Assembly: GCA_016198805.1 (NCBI GenBank)
Contig: JACQHU010000045.1
Location: 1 to 40,379 of the forward strand
Reading direction: 5' to 3'
From: Armatimonadota bacterium
GTDB taxonomy: Bacteria > Sysuimicrobiota > Sysuimicrobiia > Sysuimicrobiales > Humicultoraceae
DNA: 40,379 nt
Of the stretch, positions 1 through 8,777 are shown in pieces (position 1 is the stretch's first letter; each line of letters begins with the position of its first letter). A program made the position numbers and the translations under genes. The notes under the pieces are model-generated. The model did not search any database. It had not been told where the DNA came from and saw nothing but the letters and a program-made list of their open reading frames with translations.

Positions 1-1269
1 GAGCAGCACCTCATTCTGCACCCGGAGTTCGAACGCCGTGCCCTGCGGTGTGGCGGTCCGCCCGAGCAGGGCCACCCGGGCGTGACCCGTCCCTGGAATC
101 GACTCCACGACGATGGACGCCACCAGTCCGGAGGCCTCGCGGCTGGCCAGCGCGGCGACCCTTGCGGCAGCGACGCTGGCCAGTACCACCGCCAGCGCGA
201 CGACGATCACAACGGCTGGACGGAACGTCGCTGCCAGGCGGCTCAGCCGCCGGACGGCGAGGATGTACAGCACGGCCATCAGGCCCACCATCGCCTGCGT
301 CCGCGCCGGCACCGGTCGCAGCGGAGGCAGCGTCGCCTCAAGATCCGGCGGGGGGGGCGGCACTCCGTCTTGCAGGACAGCGTCCCAGGCGGCCCGGGCC
401 TCGGCGGACGCGCGGCGTGCAAGATCCGCGCCATCCCGCTCCCAGAGCGTCACCCGGCCCCGGCCGTGGCGCCAGGAGACCGAGCGCCGGCCGGCCGCTT
501 CGCGCACCTCGCTACCAGGACGCGGGGTAATGACCGCCACCGATCCTTCGGGTGTAGGCGACCGTCGGGGCGCGACCGTGGCAGGAAGCAGCGGGGCCAG
601 CGTGGGGCCCTGCAGGTGGCGCAGATCGTCGCCGGAGGGCATCGCCAGGAGGCGGCCGCCGGTCCATACCCAGCGCCGGATCGCCTGGCGCTGCGCCTCA
701 TCCATCCGACGGTCGTCCAGATCGCGAACGATCATCAGGCGCACACCCTCGAGCGCCTGCCAGACCGACGGGATCTCCTCGGGCGCGATGTAGGCCAGTT
801 CGGTCCGCTCCACACCGCCCAGCACCGACTCCAACCCGAGCGGCTCGCCCGCCAGCGCCACGATGATCTCATCGACCGGCCGCAGTCGGGGCAGCGGAAC
901 CGCGGCGAGGCGCCCGCGCGCGTCGTCGAGATGGACCAGCCCGGGGGACCGCGCATCGTGGAACACCGCAGGCAGGAAGATGCGGGCGCGGGCGCCGGCG
1001 GCGGCGCGCACCGGCGTGGCGTACTGGACCGTGGGTGCCCCGGTCGGCGAGGACGCATCGATGGTCAAGACGCCGTCAACCCCGCCGACCGGGGCCGTCA
1101 AATCGACCCACACGGGCGTCCATGCACCGATGCGGACGCGCCCGGAGAATCCGATTTTCGGCACCGCGAGGATCTCGGGAGGGGCCGCCTGGGCGGACAG
1201 GCCGGTCAACGCCACGGCGGCCGACATCACCACCGCGGCGCACAGCCGACGGCAGACGGTCGGGTACAC
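1..1269 (-). CDS. Partial CDS (3' end runs off the window start): secreted or membrane protein of unknown function
   Basis: This gene is missing from the ORF track because no stop codon lies inside the window. My own minus-strand translation from GTG at 1269 is open for all 423 codons down to position 1 and is GC3-rich. The N-terminus VYPTVCRRLCAAVVMSAAVALTGLSAQA/APP looks like a signal peptide (RR n-region, hydrophobic core, AQA site). Hydrophobic helices follow later (MVGLMAVLYILAV; PAVVIVVALAVVLASVAAA). The segment VRLMIVRDLDDRRMDEAQRQAIRRWVWTGGRLL loosely resembles GATase1-like/DUF1355-type modules, but I cannot verify that here. The + ORF 82..1293 is its Arg-rich antisense shadow. Confidence 0.55.
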   Translation of the reverse strand, partial: MYPTVCRRLCAAVVMSAAVALTGLSAQAAPPEILAVPKIGFSGRVRIGAWTPVWVDLTAPVGGVDGVLTIDASSPTGAPTVQYATPVRAAAGARARIFLPAVFHDARSPGLVHLDDARGRLAAVPLPRLRPVDEIIVALAGEPLGLESVLGGVERTELAYIAPEEIPSVWQALEGVRLMIVRDLDDRRMDEAQRQAIRRWVWTGGRLLAMPSGDDLRHLQGPTLAPLLPATVAPRRSPTPEGSVAVITPRPGSEVREAAGRRSVSWRHGRGRVTLWERDGADLARRASAEARAAWDAVLQDGVPPPPPDLEATLPPLRPVPARTQAMVGLMAVLYILAVRRLSRLAATFRPAVVIVVALAVVLASVAAARVAALASREASGLVASIVVESIPGTGHARVALLGRTATPQGTAFELRVQNEVLL

Positions 1270-1289
1270 GCGCGCCGGTCGAAGACGCG

Positions 1290-1598
1290 TTAAGACGTCT
1301 TGGCCGACGACCCGGAGGTGGGCGACGAGGAACCGGCCGTCGTGGCGGCGTCGGACTTGGAGGCGTCGGGCTTGGAGGCGTCCGGCTTGGCGCCCTCGGG
1401 ACTGGCGCCGTCGGACGATGCGGGTTTCCGGTAGTCGGTGGTGTGGAACCCGCTCCCTTTGAAGATCAACCCGACGGAGGTGTAGACTCTCCTGGGTGAC
1501 CGGCCGCACTGAGGACACGCGGGTGCGGGAGCGCCCACCGGCTGAGTGCATTCGAACTGGTGATGGCACTGCGTGCACCGGTATTCGTAAATGGGCAT
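1290..1598 (-). CDS. FmdB-family zinc-ribbon protein (CxxC...CxxC) with a low-complexity Ser/Asp/Lys/Pro tail
   Basis: The N-terminus MPIYEYRCTQCHHQFECTQPVGAPAPACPQCG is the classic FmdB/CxxC_CxxC_SSSS motif. The SD sequence GGAGGAGGGGC lies directly upstream of the ATG at 1598. Confidence 0.8.
   Translation of the reverse strand: MPIYEYRCTQCHHQFECTQPVGAPAPACPQCGRSPRRVYTSVGLIFKGSGFHTTDYRKPASSDGASPEGAKPDASKPDASKSDAATTAGSSSPTSGSSAKTS
1350..1414 (-). repeat. Tandem 15-bp repeat, four copies plus a partial one, inside the zinc-ribbon gene tail
   Basis: Plus-strand units are gtcggacttggaggc / gtcgggcttggaggc / gtccggcttggcgcc / ctcgggactggcgcc / gtcggac... They encode the ...GAKPDASKPDASKSDA... 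repeat. Confidence 0.7.
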
Positions 1599-1652
1599 GG
1601 CCCCTCCTCCAGCGTGCCCGCCTGCCCAGGCTCAGTGTGGCAGACGCCCTTA

Positions 1653-1682
1653 ATTATTCTGACCCCGCGACAGGCCTGTCAA
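1653..1682 (-). promoter_or_regulatory. Candidate sigma-70-type promoter for the zinc-ribbon gene
   Basis: The minus strand reads TTGACA (1682..1677), an 18-nt spacer, then AATAAT (1658..1653). This is a locally AT-rich patch about 55 nt upstream of the start codon. Confidence 0.4.
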
Positions 1683-1735
1683 TCCCGCATTGCGCCGCGG
1701 GGATGTGCGGGGTCGCGCGTGATCATCTGCTCCGC

Positions 1736-2785
1736 TTAGAACCGCTCGAAACGCACCAGCCAGATCGGCCCGGCAAACGAGCCGGTATTGGTTCCGAAGG
1801 CCAGATGCCCGTCGTCGGGCGCCCAGGCGAGCGACAGCGCCGCGCTCGGATCGGGGAACTCCAGACGCGTGCTCGCCACCACCCGGTCGGGCGCGCCTGA
1901 TACGGCCACCACGTGAATCTCCGCCCCGGCCTCGTCCAGCACCACGGCATACGCCACCTTGTCGCCGTGCCGCGACCAGGCCAACCCGGTGATGCGGCGC
2001 GCGGGAGGCGAGAGCGGGTGCAGCGCGCTGCCATCGGTCCGGGCGGCGTAGGCGCGTTCCCGTCCGGCCTCCATCCCGACGAAGGCGATCCATTCGCCAT
2101 CGGGCGACAGGACCGGATCCAGGGCGGGTTGCGGTGGGCGGTTCAGCATCCGAAAGTCTGGATAGGCGATGCGAACGCGCCACCACTCGCTGGTGGCTTC
2201 CTCGCCGGGGACTGCCAGGCCCACGAACAGGTACAGCGTGTCGGGGAACCAGGCCAGCGCGGCGATCCGCTTCGCCGGGTACCACTGGATCTGGCGGACG
2301 ATCCCGCCGTCCGGGCCAGTCCACCAGAGCTGGCTGCCCGCGGCGGCCCCCGACGCCGGCGCGGGCTGCACCACGACGGCGAGCCGGTCTCCTCCCGGGG
2401 CCCAGGCCGGCCGCGAGGCGATCCCACGAAGCGGAATGCGGCGCTGCCCTTTCCCGTCGGGGCGGAGGACCCAGAGGAGTCCCCGGTCAACAAACGCCAG
2501 GGCATCGGCCACAGGAGACCAGGCGACGGCGGTCACGACCTCCCCGATGGCGATCCTGGTCCCCGCGCGGTCGCTGATCTGGTGAATCCAGACCCCGTCG
2601 CGGGCGCCGTAGGCGTAGCGGCGACCGTCGGGCGACCAGGCCAGGGGACTCAGGGCGGCGCGATCGGTGGCCCTGGCCACCTCGGCGACGGTCAGGAGTC
2701 CGACACCAACCGGCGCGGCCTGTCGCCGCACGCCGACGCTGCAGCCGGACGCCAACAGCGCAGCCGCGACCGCGCCGGCCAGCAT
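1736..2785 (-). CDS. TolB-like (PD40/WD40-like) beta-propeller lipoprotein
   Basis: The N-terminus MLAGAVAAALLASGC carries a lipobox (LASGC). Repeated W-SPDG-type motifs occur throughout (LAWSPDGRRYAY, VAWSPVADALAF, PAWAPGGDRLAV, VLSPDGEWIAF, LAWSRHGDKVAY, LAWAPDDGHLAF). I saw no clear SD upstream. Confidence 0.7.
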   Translation of the reverse strand: MLAGAVAAALLASGCSVGVRRQAAPVGVGLLTVAEVARATDRAALSPLAWSPDGRRYAYGARDGVWIHQISDRAGTRIAIGEVVTAVAWSPVADALAFVDRGLLWVLRPDGKGQRRIPLRGIASRPAWAPGGDRLAVVVQPAPASGAAAGSQLWWTGPDGGIVRQIQWYPAKRIAALAWFPDTLYLFVGLAVPGEEATSEWWRVRIAYPDFRMLNRPPQPALDPVLSPDGEWIAFVGMEAGRERAYAARTDGSALHPLSPPARRITGLAWSRHGDKVAYAVVLDEAGAEIHVVAVSGAPDRVVASTRLEFPDPSAALSLAWAPDDGHLAFGTNTGSFAGPIWLVRFERF

Positions 2786-2813
2786 CGCGGCCCAGCGCCC
2801 GGGGTGCCGCCGC

Positions 2814-4016
2814 TCAGCAGACTCGATAGCGGCCGTCGGCCAGGTCCTCCACCAGCTGCTTGATATTGATCAGTTCGTCGTCGAGGATCTCCCGCGCGCG
2901 CCGCTCGACGATGCTGCGGCGGGCGTGGCGCTTCAACATGACCTGCGCGGCCGTGACCTTGGGCTGGTCGATCGGTTTGCCGATCTGACTGAGCATCCAC
3001 ACGTAGACCTCCAGGATCCCGGGCACCTCGTGATAGATCCTGTTGGCCGCTTTATGCGTCAGGATGGTGTAGATCTTGCCGACATGCGACACCGGGTTCT
3101 TCCCTGCGGCGGCTTCGGTCCCCATGGGCCGGTTCAGGGCGATAACGCCGTTGACCTTGTTCCCACGGCCGACCTGGCCCGAGTCACCGCCCTCGGCCGA
3201 GGTACCCGTGACCGAGAGGTACATCCCGCCGAGCCCACGGCCGGGCCGGTCGAGCGTGTTGAGGTAGACGTGAGTCTTCGCGAACCCCCTCCGCAGGCGG
3301 AGAAAGTCCCTCATCGCATCTTCGAGGGCGGCCTTCCGACGAAAGTACGTGCCCTCGCTATCAATGAAGCGGTCGACGAAGGCGACGGCGGTCGTGAGGT
3401 GCAGTTCGTCGCCCCGGCGGAAGCCCATGACTTTGATGTCTTCCCCCACCTCCGGGAACACGTTCTTGAACTCGCGCGAGTTGAGCTCCTGTTCGACGTC
3501 CAGGACCACCTGCTCGGTGGGCGTCAGCGGCGCGTAGCCCACGGCCGCCGACGTGTCGTTGGCCAGGGGCGTTTCTCCTTCGACGCTCGTCCGCAATTCC
3601 TCGGCGCCAGGCTTGATCTGCACGTCGTACGTGACATGGACCTCGGGGTCGACGAAACGCAGATTGTTGCGGATCCACTCCTTGGCCGTGTCGATGGCGA
3701 TGCGGTCAATGGGGATGTGGTGGCCTCCGTACTCAGCCGTCGCCCGGTCGCCGAAGATGAGCCGCATCGGCTCGGTCACCCTGCCACCCCCCAGCTGCAC
3801 CTGGGCCTGACCGGCAACGAGGAAGGCCTTGTCGATGTTGTGGTGCAGGATGCGGTGGAACTGCTTCCGGTACTCCTGGCTCAGCTTGATGGAGACCTGC
3901 TCCATGATCGCGTCGCAGATCGAGTCCGGGTGCCCGACCCCTTTCCGCTCGACGATCTCCACCTCGTGCTGGGACACCGGCGCCTGGGCCAGAACATCGA
4001 CGGTGATGTTCCGCAT
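2814..4016 (-). CDS. Archaeal-type S-adenosylmethionine synthetase (MAT, AdoMet_Synthase family)
   Basis: The sequence MRNITVDV...HEVEIVERKGVGHPDSICDAIME carries the archaeal MAT signature ERKG-GHPDS-CD, not the bacterial MetK signature GHPDK. The start is trimmed from the ORF start (4091) to ATG 4016, which has AAGGGAGGGAAGG upstream. Confidence 0.85.
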   Translation of the reverse strand: MRNITVDVLAQAPVSQHEVEIVERKGVGHPDSICDAIMEQVSIKLSQEYRKQFHRILHHNIDKAFLVAGQAQVQLGGGRVTEPMRLIFGDRATAEYGGHHIPIDRIAIDTAKEWIRNNLRFVDPEVHVTYDVQIKPGAEELRTSVEGETPLANDTSAAVGYAPLTPTEQVVLDVEQELNSREFKNVFPEVGEDIKVMGFRRGDELHLTTAVAFVDRFIDSEGTYFRRKAALEDAMRDFLRLRRGFAKTHVYLNTLDRPGRGLGGMYLSVTGTSAEGGDSGQVGRGNKVNGVIALNRPMGTEAAAGKNPVSHVGKIYTILTHKAANRIYHEVPGILEVYVWMLSQIGKPIDQPKVTAAQVMLKRHARRSIVERRAREILDDELINIKQLVEDLADGRYRVC

Positions 4017-4055
4017 GCCTTCCCTCCCTTCGACGGCTTTGCGGGCCACCGCCAC

Positions 4056-4064
4056 ACTATAGCA
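4056..4064 (-). promoter_or_regulatory. Candidate extended -10 promoter (TGcTATAGT) for the MAT gene
   Basis: The minus strand reads tttTGCTATAGTgtgg in the 88-nt rhomboid-MAT spacer. The -35 is poor (TTCTCT at 17 nt). The leader to the ATG would be only about 33 nt. Confidence 0.35.
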
Positions 4065-4103
4065 AAACCGGCCAGGCGAGAGAAGGCGCAACTCCGACGG
4101 GGA

Positions 4104-4778
4104 TCAGGCGTAGAAGACGGGACGCCGCCGACGAGCGAAGACGAACACCAGCACCACGCCGGCCACGAACCCGCCGATGTGCGCCCACCAGGCCACGGTG
4201 GTCACGTCGGGGATCGCCAGTGCCCCGAGACCCTGCACCACCTGGATCAGGAACCACAGCGAAAGCACCAGCACGGCGGGCAACTCCATCACCCGCGCGA
4301 AGTACCCCAGGAACACCAGCGAGAGGATCGACGCGCGCGGGTACAGGACCAGGTACGCGCCCAGCACCGCGGCGATCGCCCCGCTGGCCCCGACCAGGGG
4401 GACGGGCGACGTCGGCTGGGTGAGCACGTGCGCCAGGGCCGCCCCCACGCCGGTGAGCAGGTAGAACACCAGGAACCGGCCGTGGCCCATCGCGTCTTCG
4501 ATGTTGTCCCCGAAGACCCACAGGTAGAGCATGTTCCCGCCCAGGTGCAGCCAGGAGCCGTGCAGGAACATGGATGTGACCAGCCCCCGCGCGCCCTCGG
4601 GCCAGAGGTCAGCCGTGACCTTGGCCGGGATGGCTCCGTAGGTGGCGAAGAATTCGGCCTGGGCCGATTCGCTGCCCAGTGCGGTGGTATACAGGTAGAC
4701 GCCGACGCAGGCCGCGATAATCGCGTACATGACCATCGGGGAGGAGTGCGAGCGCGTGCTGTCGCGCAGCGGGATCAC
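4104..4778 (-). CDS. Rhomboid-family intramembrane serine protease
   Basis: The protein has multiple TM helices, the motifs HGSWLHLGGNMLYLWVFG and GASGAIAAVLGAY (catalytic GxSG), and a downstream AHIGGFVAG (His). Confidence 0.85.
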   Translation of the reverse strand: MIPLRDSTRSHSSPMVMYAIIAACVGVYLYTTALGSESAQAEFFATYGAIPAKVTADLWPEGARGLVTSMFLHGSWLHLGGNMLYLWVFGDNIEDAMGHGRFLVFYLLTGVGAALAHVLTQPTSPVPLVGASGAIAAVLGAYLVLYPRASILSLVFLGYFARVMELPAVLVLSLWFLIQVVQGLGALAIPDVTTVAWWAHIGGFVAGVVLVFVFARRRRPVFYA

Positions 4779-4784
4779 GGCGCC

Positions 4785-5438
4785 CTAGGACTCCCAGCGC
4801 GCTTCGTGGACCCCTTCGATGTCTCCGAGAGCGACCAGGACGTCCCCGCGGGGGACGCGCGCCGGCAACCGGAGCGTCATATCCAGCATGACCTTCTCAT
4901 CGAGTTTGCCGGTGAATTCCACGCGGTCGATGTTCACGCCGAGTCCGCCCAGCGCGGTACCGATCTTGCCGAGCTGCCCCGGGACGTCGGCCATCAGGAC
5001 GGAGCAGTGGCCGATGCCCCCTCGGCGCGGCAGGCGCCGTTCGAGGCTCTTCATCAACGTCAGCACACCGATCACGATGGCGGTGGCGCCCATGGCGCCG
5101 TAGTAGTAGCCAATGCCGACCGCCGTGCCGATGGCGGCCACGCTCCACAGCGTCGCGGCCGTGGTCAGACCCTGCACGCCACCGCCGGTGCGCCAGATGG
5201 TCCCTGCGCCCAGGAAGCCGATGCCCACGACGATGCTGCTGGCGACCCGTGAGGGATCGGCGCCGGAGCCAAAGAACCCTTCGCGGGAGACCAGCGCGAA
5301 CAGGGCCGCCCCCACGCACACCAGGATATTCGTGCGGAACCCGGCAGGCTTGTCGACGCTCTCGCGCTCGAACCCGATCAGGCCGCCGAGTGCGACGGCC
5401 AGCGCGAGGCGCGCCAGGGACTCCCAGACCGGGATCAT
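4785..5438 (-). CDS. mgtC: MgtC/SapB-family membrane protein with a C-terminal ACT-like domain
   Basis: The sequence LALAVALGGLIGFERE...GFRTNILVCVGAALF...GIGFLGAGTI is typical of the MgtC family. There is a 4-nt ATGA overlap with the ispG stop. Confidence 0.8.
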   Translation of the reverse strand: MIPVWESLARLALAVALGGLIGFERESVDKPAGFRTNILVCVGAALFALVSREGFFGSGADPSRVASSIVVGIGFLGAGTIWRTGGGVQGLTTAATLWSVAAIGTAVGIGYYYGAMGATAIVIGVLTLMKSLERRLPRRGGIGHCSVLMADVPGQLGKIGTALGGLGVNIDRVEFTGKLDEKVMLDMTLRLPARVPRGDVLVALGDIEGVHEARWES

Positions 5439-6559
5439 GACGTCGGAGAGCCCGCCGGCACCGAGGGTAGCGCGCTCGCGGGCTCCTCGGTCACCCCATA
5501 GCGTTCGCGCGCCACTTTCCAGACGTGCTCCATGAGCGCGTCGATCAGCCGGTCTTCGGGCAGGCTGGCGACGATCTTGCCGTCCTGGAAGATCAGACCC
5601 ATGCCGCGGCCGCAGGCGATGCCCAGGTCGGCCATGCGCGCCTCACCCGGACCGTTCACCGCGCACCCCATGACCGCCACTTTCACCGGCGCCGGGATCG
5701 TCCGCAGGCGGCGCTCGACCTCCTGCGCGATCTGGATGATGTCCACCTCGGCCCGTCCGCACGACGGACACGCCACGAACTGCACCCCCCGCGTGCGCAG
5801 GCCCAGGCTCTTGAGGATTTCGTAGCCGGCGCGGACCTCTTCCACGGGATCCGCCGCCAGCGACACGCGAATGGTGTTCCCGATGCCCCTGGCCAGCACG
5901 GCGCCGATGCCCACCGCCGACTTCAGCGCGCCGGCCCAGGCGGTGCCAGCTTCCGTGACGCCGACGTGCAGCGGATACGGCGTCTGGCCGCTGATCATCT
6001 CGTAGGCGGCGATCATCATCGGCGCCTCGGACGCCTTGACCGAGATGACGATGTCGTGGAAGTCGAGATCCTCCAGGACGCGGACGTCTTCCAGGGCGCT
6101 TGCGACCAGCGCTTCGGCGCACGGCCGGCCGAACGTCCGCAACGTGGCCTTGGACAGCGAGCCGATGTTGGCGCCGATCCGGATGGGCACCCCGCGCGCG
6201 CGGGCCTCGCGCGCCACAATGCGCGTGCGCTCCCGGCTGCCGATGTTGCCGGGGTTGATCCGCAGCTTGTCGATCCCAGCTTCCAGCGCCAGCAGGGCCA
6301 GCCGGTGGTCGAAGTGGATGTCGGCGACGACGGGCAGCGGGCTGCGGGGTTTGATCTCGTGCAGCGCGGCGGCGGCCTCGGGATCGGGTACCGCCAGCCG
6401 GACGATCTCACATCCCTCCGCGGCGAGCTGGTAGATCTGGGCCAGGGTCGCGTCGACGTCGCGCGTGTCGGTGATGGTCATCGACTGGACGGAGACGGGC
6501 GCGTCGCCGCCGATCTCGACCTTGCCGACCCTGACGTTCCGCGTCTGTGATCGATGCAT
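5435..6559 (-). CDS. ispG: 4-hydroxy-3-methylbut-2-en-1-yl diphosphate synthase (MEP pathway)
   Basis: The protein is IspG/GcpE-like over its full length: RNVRVGKVEIGGDAPVSVQSMT...LRINPGNIG...FVACPSCGR...MGCAVNGPGE. Confidence 0.95.
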   Translation of the reverse strand: MHRSQTRNVRVGKVEIGGDAPVSVQSMTITDTRDVDATLAQIYQLAAEGCEIVRLAVPDPEAAAALHEIKPRSPLPVVADIHFDHRLALLALEAGIDKLRINPGNIGSRERTRIVAREARARGVPIRIGANIGSLSKATLRTFGRPCAEALVASALEDVRVLEDLDFHDIVISVKASEAPMMIAAYEMISGQTPYPLHVGVTEAGTAWAGALKSAVGIGAVLARGIGNTIRVSLAADPVEEVRAGYEILKSLGLRTRGVQFVACPSCGRAEVDIIQIAQEVERRLRTIPAPVKVAVMGCAVNGPGEARMADLGIACGRGMGLIFQDGKIVASLPEDRLIDALMEHVWKVARERYGVTEEPASALPSVPAGSPTS

Positions 6560-6588
6560 GCTCTGGCGTCTCCACCCGGCCGGGCCGT

Positions 6589-7623
6589 CTACAGGAACAG
6601 CCGCCGGAAATCTCGCACCGTGACGCTGAAGAGCAACAGGAGCAGCAGCGCAAATCCCACGGTGTGGACCAGGTGCTCCCGCCGAGCGTCCAGCAGCGGC
6701 CGGCGCCGGATCGCTTCCGCCACGAGGAACGCCAGCCGCCCGCCATCCAGCGCCGGGATGGGCAGCAGGTTGAAGATACCGATCATGACGGAGAGAAACG
6801 CCGCGACATAGAGGAAGGCCTGCGCCCCGGACTGCGCGGTTTGGGCCAGCATGCTGCCCGCCGCCACGGGCCCGCCCAGACTCTCCAGGAACCGGCCTTC
6901 CCGGACGAGCCCCTGCACCGCGACCCCGAGCATCACGATGTACTGACCGGTGCGTCGGACGCCGACGCCGATGGCCTCCATCGGGGTCACGCGGGCCACC
7001 AGCGGCAGAGGCTGGAAGCCGATCCGTCCGACACCCCGCTGCGCGTCCAGACGCGGTGTCACCGTGACGGTGAAGTCGCGCCCGCCGCGGCGCATGGTCA
7101 GCACCAGCGGGCGGTTGGCACTGCGGTGAATCGTCTCGATCACCTGGTCGCCCGTCTGCATCGGGACCCCGTCGATGGCCACAATCTCATCGCCAGGCTG
7201 CAGGCCCGCGGCCGCGGCCGGCCAGCCCGGTTCGATGGTGCCCACGCGCGTGCTGGGCCCGATCGGCTCGCCGAAGACGGCCGCCGCCAGCGCCAGGATG
7301 AAGACCGCGGAGACCAGGTTCATCAGGGGCCCGGCGACAATGATCGCGATGCGGGCGCCGACGCTCTTGGACCGGAAGCTGCCCTCGTCGGTCGGCGACT
7401 CGTCCTCTCCCTCCATGCGGACAAAGCCCCCGAAGGGGAGCAGGTTCAGCGAGTAGGTGGTTTCGCCCCGCGTCCAGCCCATGAGTTGCGGACCGAAGCC
7501 CAGCGCAAAGGCGTGCACGCGTACGCCCGCCCGCTTGGCCATGAGAAAGTGCCCAAGTTCGTGGAAGAAGATCATCGCGCCAAAGGCCGCGATGGCTGCT
7601 AGGATATTCGGCACACCCGTCAC
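6589..7623 (-). CDS. rseP: RIP site-2 metalloprotease RseP/RasP
   Basis: It has the HELGHF zinc motif near the N-terminus, a PDZ-like middle region (GLQPGDEIVAIDG) and a C-terminal NLLPIPALDGG motif. Confidence 0.9.
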   Translation of the reverse strand: MTGVPNILAAIAAFGAMIFFHELGHFLMAKRAGVRVHAFALGFGPQLMGWTRGETTYSLNLLPFGGFVRMEGEDESPTDEGSFRSKSVGARIAIIVAGPLMNLVSAVFILALAAAVFGEPIGPSTRVGTIEPGWPAAAAGLQPGDEIVAIDGVPMQTGDQVIETIHRSANRPLVLTMRRGGRDFTVTVTPRLDAQRGVGRIGFQPLPLVARVTPMEAIGVGVRRTGQYIVMLGVAVQGLVREGRFLESLGGPVAAGSMLAQTAQSGAQAFLYVAAFLSVMIGIFNLLPIPALDGGRLAFLVAEAIRRRPLLDARREHLVHTVGFALLLLLLFSVTVRDFRRLFL

Positions 7624-8777
7624 CTCGCCACGCGTGATACCAGTGCGGCCTCCGCCCGGGCCCAGGCGTCCGCCGCACGCACCGCCTCGAGCGTGGCGGC
7701 GGGCTGCGTCTGGTGTCGCCCCAGCACCACGCGCACGACCTCGGCGATCTCGGGAAACCGGATCGCTCCTTCGAGAAACCGTCCCACGGCGACCTCGTTG
7801 GCGGCATTGAGCACGGCCGGAGCCGTGCCGCCGCGCCTCAAGGCGTCACGCGCCAACCCCAACGCCGGGAACCGCTCGGGCTCCGGTTGTTCAAACGTCA
7901 GCGTGAGCCGTCCCCATTCCACGGGCTGGACCAGCCCCGGCCGGCGATGCGGACCGGTGAGCGCAAACTGAATCGGCCCCCGCATGTCGGGCCGGGCCGC
8001 CTGCGCGATGACCGAGCCGTCGACGAACTCCACCATGGAATGGATCACGCTCTGCGGGTGAATGACGACCTCGATCTGCTCGGGTGCCACGCCGAAGAGC
8101 CAGTGCGCCTCGATGACCTCCAGGCCCTTGTTCATCAGGGTCGCCGAGTCGATGGTAACTTTCGGCCCCATATTCCACACAGGATGTGCCAGCGCCTCTT
8201 GCACCGTCACATCGGCCAGTTGTGTCAGCGGCCGCCGCAGGAATGGTCCCCCCGACGCCGTCAGGATCAGGCGCCGGATGGCCGTCCGGTCCTGACCGAG
8301 CAGACACTGGTAGATGGCCGAGTGCTCGCTGTCCACGGGGATCAGGCGCGCACCGGATCGCTCACACACCGTGCGCACGAGCGGCCCGCCGGCCACCAGC
8401 GTCTCTTTGTTGGCCAGCGCCACGTCCCTGCCGGCCTCCAGCGCGGCGAGCGTGGGGCGCAGGCCGGCTGCGCCGACGATCGCGACGAGCACCAGATCGG
8501 CATCCGGCATCGCCGCGAGTTCGGTGGACGCCTCAGGGCCAACACGCAGCGAGACTCCCTCCGGCAGGTCCGCCTGCAGCCGCGAGGCGGCCAGAGGATC
8601 CTCCACGGCGACGGCCTGCGGCCTCCAGCGCCGCACCTGCTCCAGCAGCAGGTGGTGGCGGGCCCGGGCCGCGAGTCCGACGATCGCCACATCGCCCAGT
8701 GCCTCAGCCACCTCCAGCGTCGCGCGGCCGATACTTCCGGTCGATCCCAGCACGACCAGCCGTCTCAGGGCAGCCAT
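7620..8777 (-). CDS. dxr: 1-deoxy-D-xylulose 5-phosphate reductoisomerase
   Basis: The real start is ATG 8777 (MAALRRLVVLGSTGSIGRATL...). The 645-aa ORF in the track (to 9557) is an out-of-frame extension across cdsA. The gene overlaps the cdsA stop by 13 nt. Confidence 0.95.
   Translation of the reverse strand: MAALRRLVVLGSTGSIGRATLEVAEALGDVAIVGLAARARHHLLLEQVRRWRPQAVAVEDPLAASRLQADLPEGVSLRVGPEASTELAAMPDADLVLVAIVGAAGLRPTLAALEAGRDVALANKETLVAGGPLVRTVCERSGARLIPVDSEHSAIYQCLLGQDRTAIRRLILTASGGPFLRRPLTQLADVTVQEALAHPVWNMGPKVTIDSATLMNKGLEVIEAHWLFGVAPEQIEVVIHPQSVIHSMVEFVDGSVIAQAARPDMRGPIQFALTGPHRRPGLVQPVEWGRLTLTFEQPEPERFPALGLARDALRRGGTAPAVLNAANEVAVGRFLEGAIRFPEIAEVVRVVLGRHQTQPAATLEAVRAADAWARAEAALVSRVAR

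Noticed and set aside
1683-1735. A possible Rho-independent terminator after the TolB-like gene.
   Set aside because: Only a 5-bp CCCGC/GCGGG stem with an 8-nt loop is present, with no U-tract. It overlaps the -35 of the downstream promoter, which is too weak a case to call.
4017-4103. A possible SAM riboswitch upstream of the SAM synthetase gene.
   Set aside because: The whole spacer is 87 nt and the predicted leader is only about 33 nt. That is too short for any SAM riboswitch class, and no conserved riboswitch helices are recognisable.
2667-5252. 861-aa ORF on the plus strand. Similar very long ORFs include 82..1293 +, 5525..6550 +, 6547..7602 +, 19513..21336 -, 23055..24179 -, 38768..39844 - and 38928..40217 +.
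   Set aside because: All lie antisense to, or in an alternate frame of, genes with unmistakable homology. Their products are Arg/Gly/Pro/Ala-rich low-complexity strings. They are the stop-codon-poor shadow ORFs expected in a very GC-rich genome.
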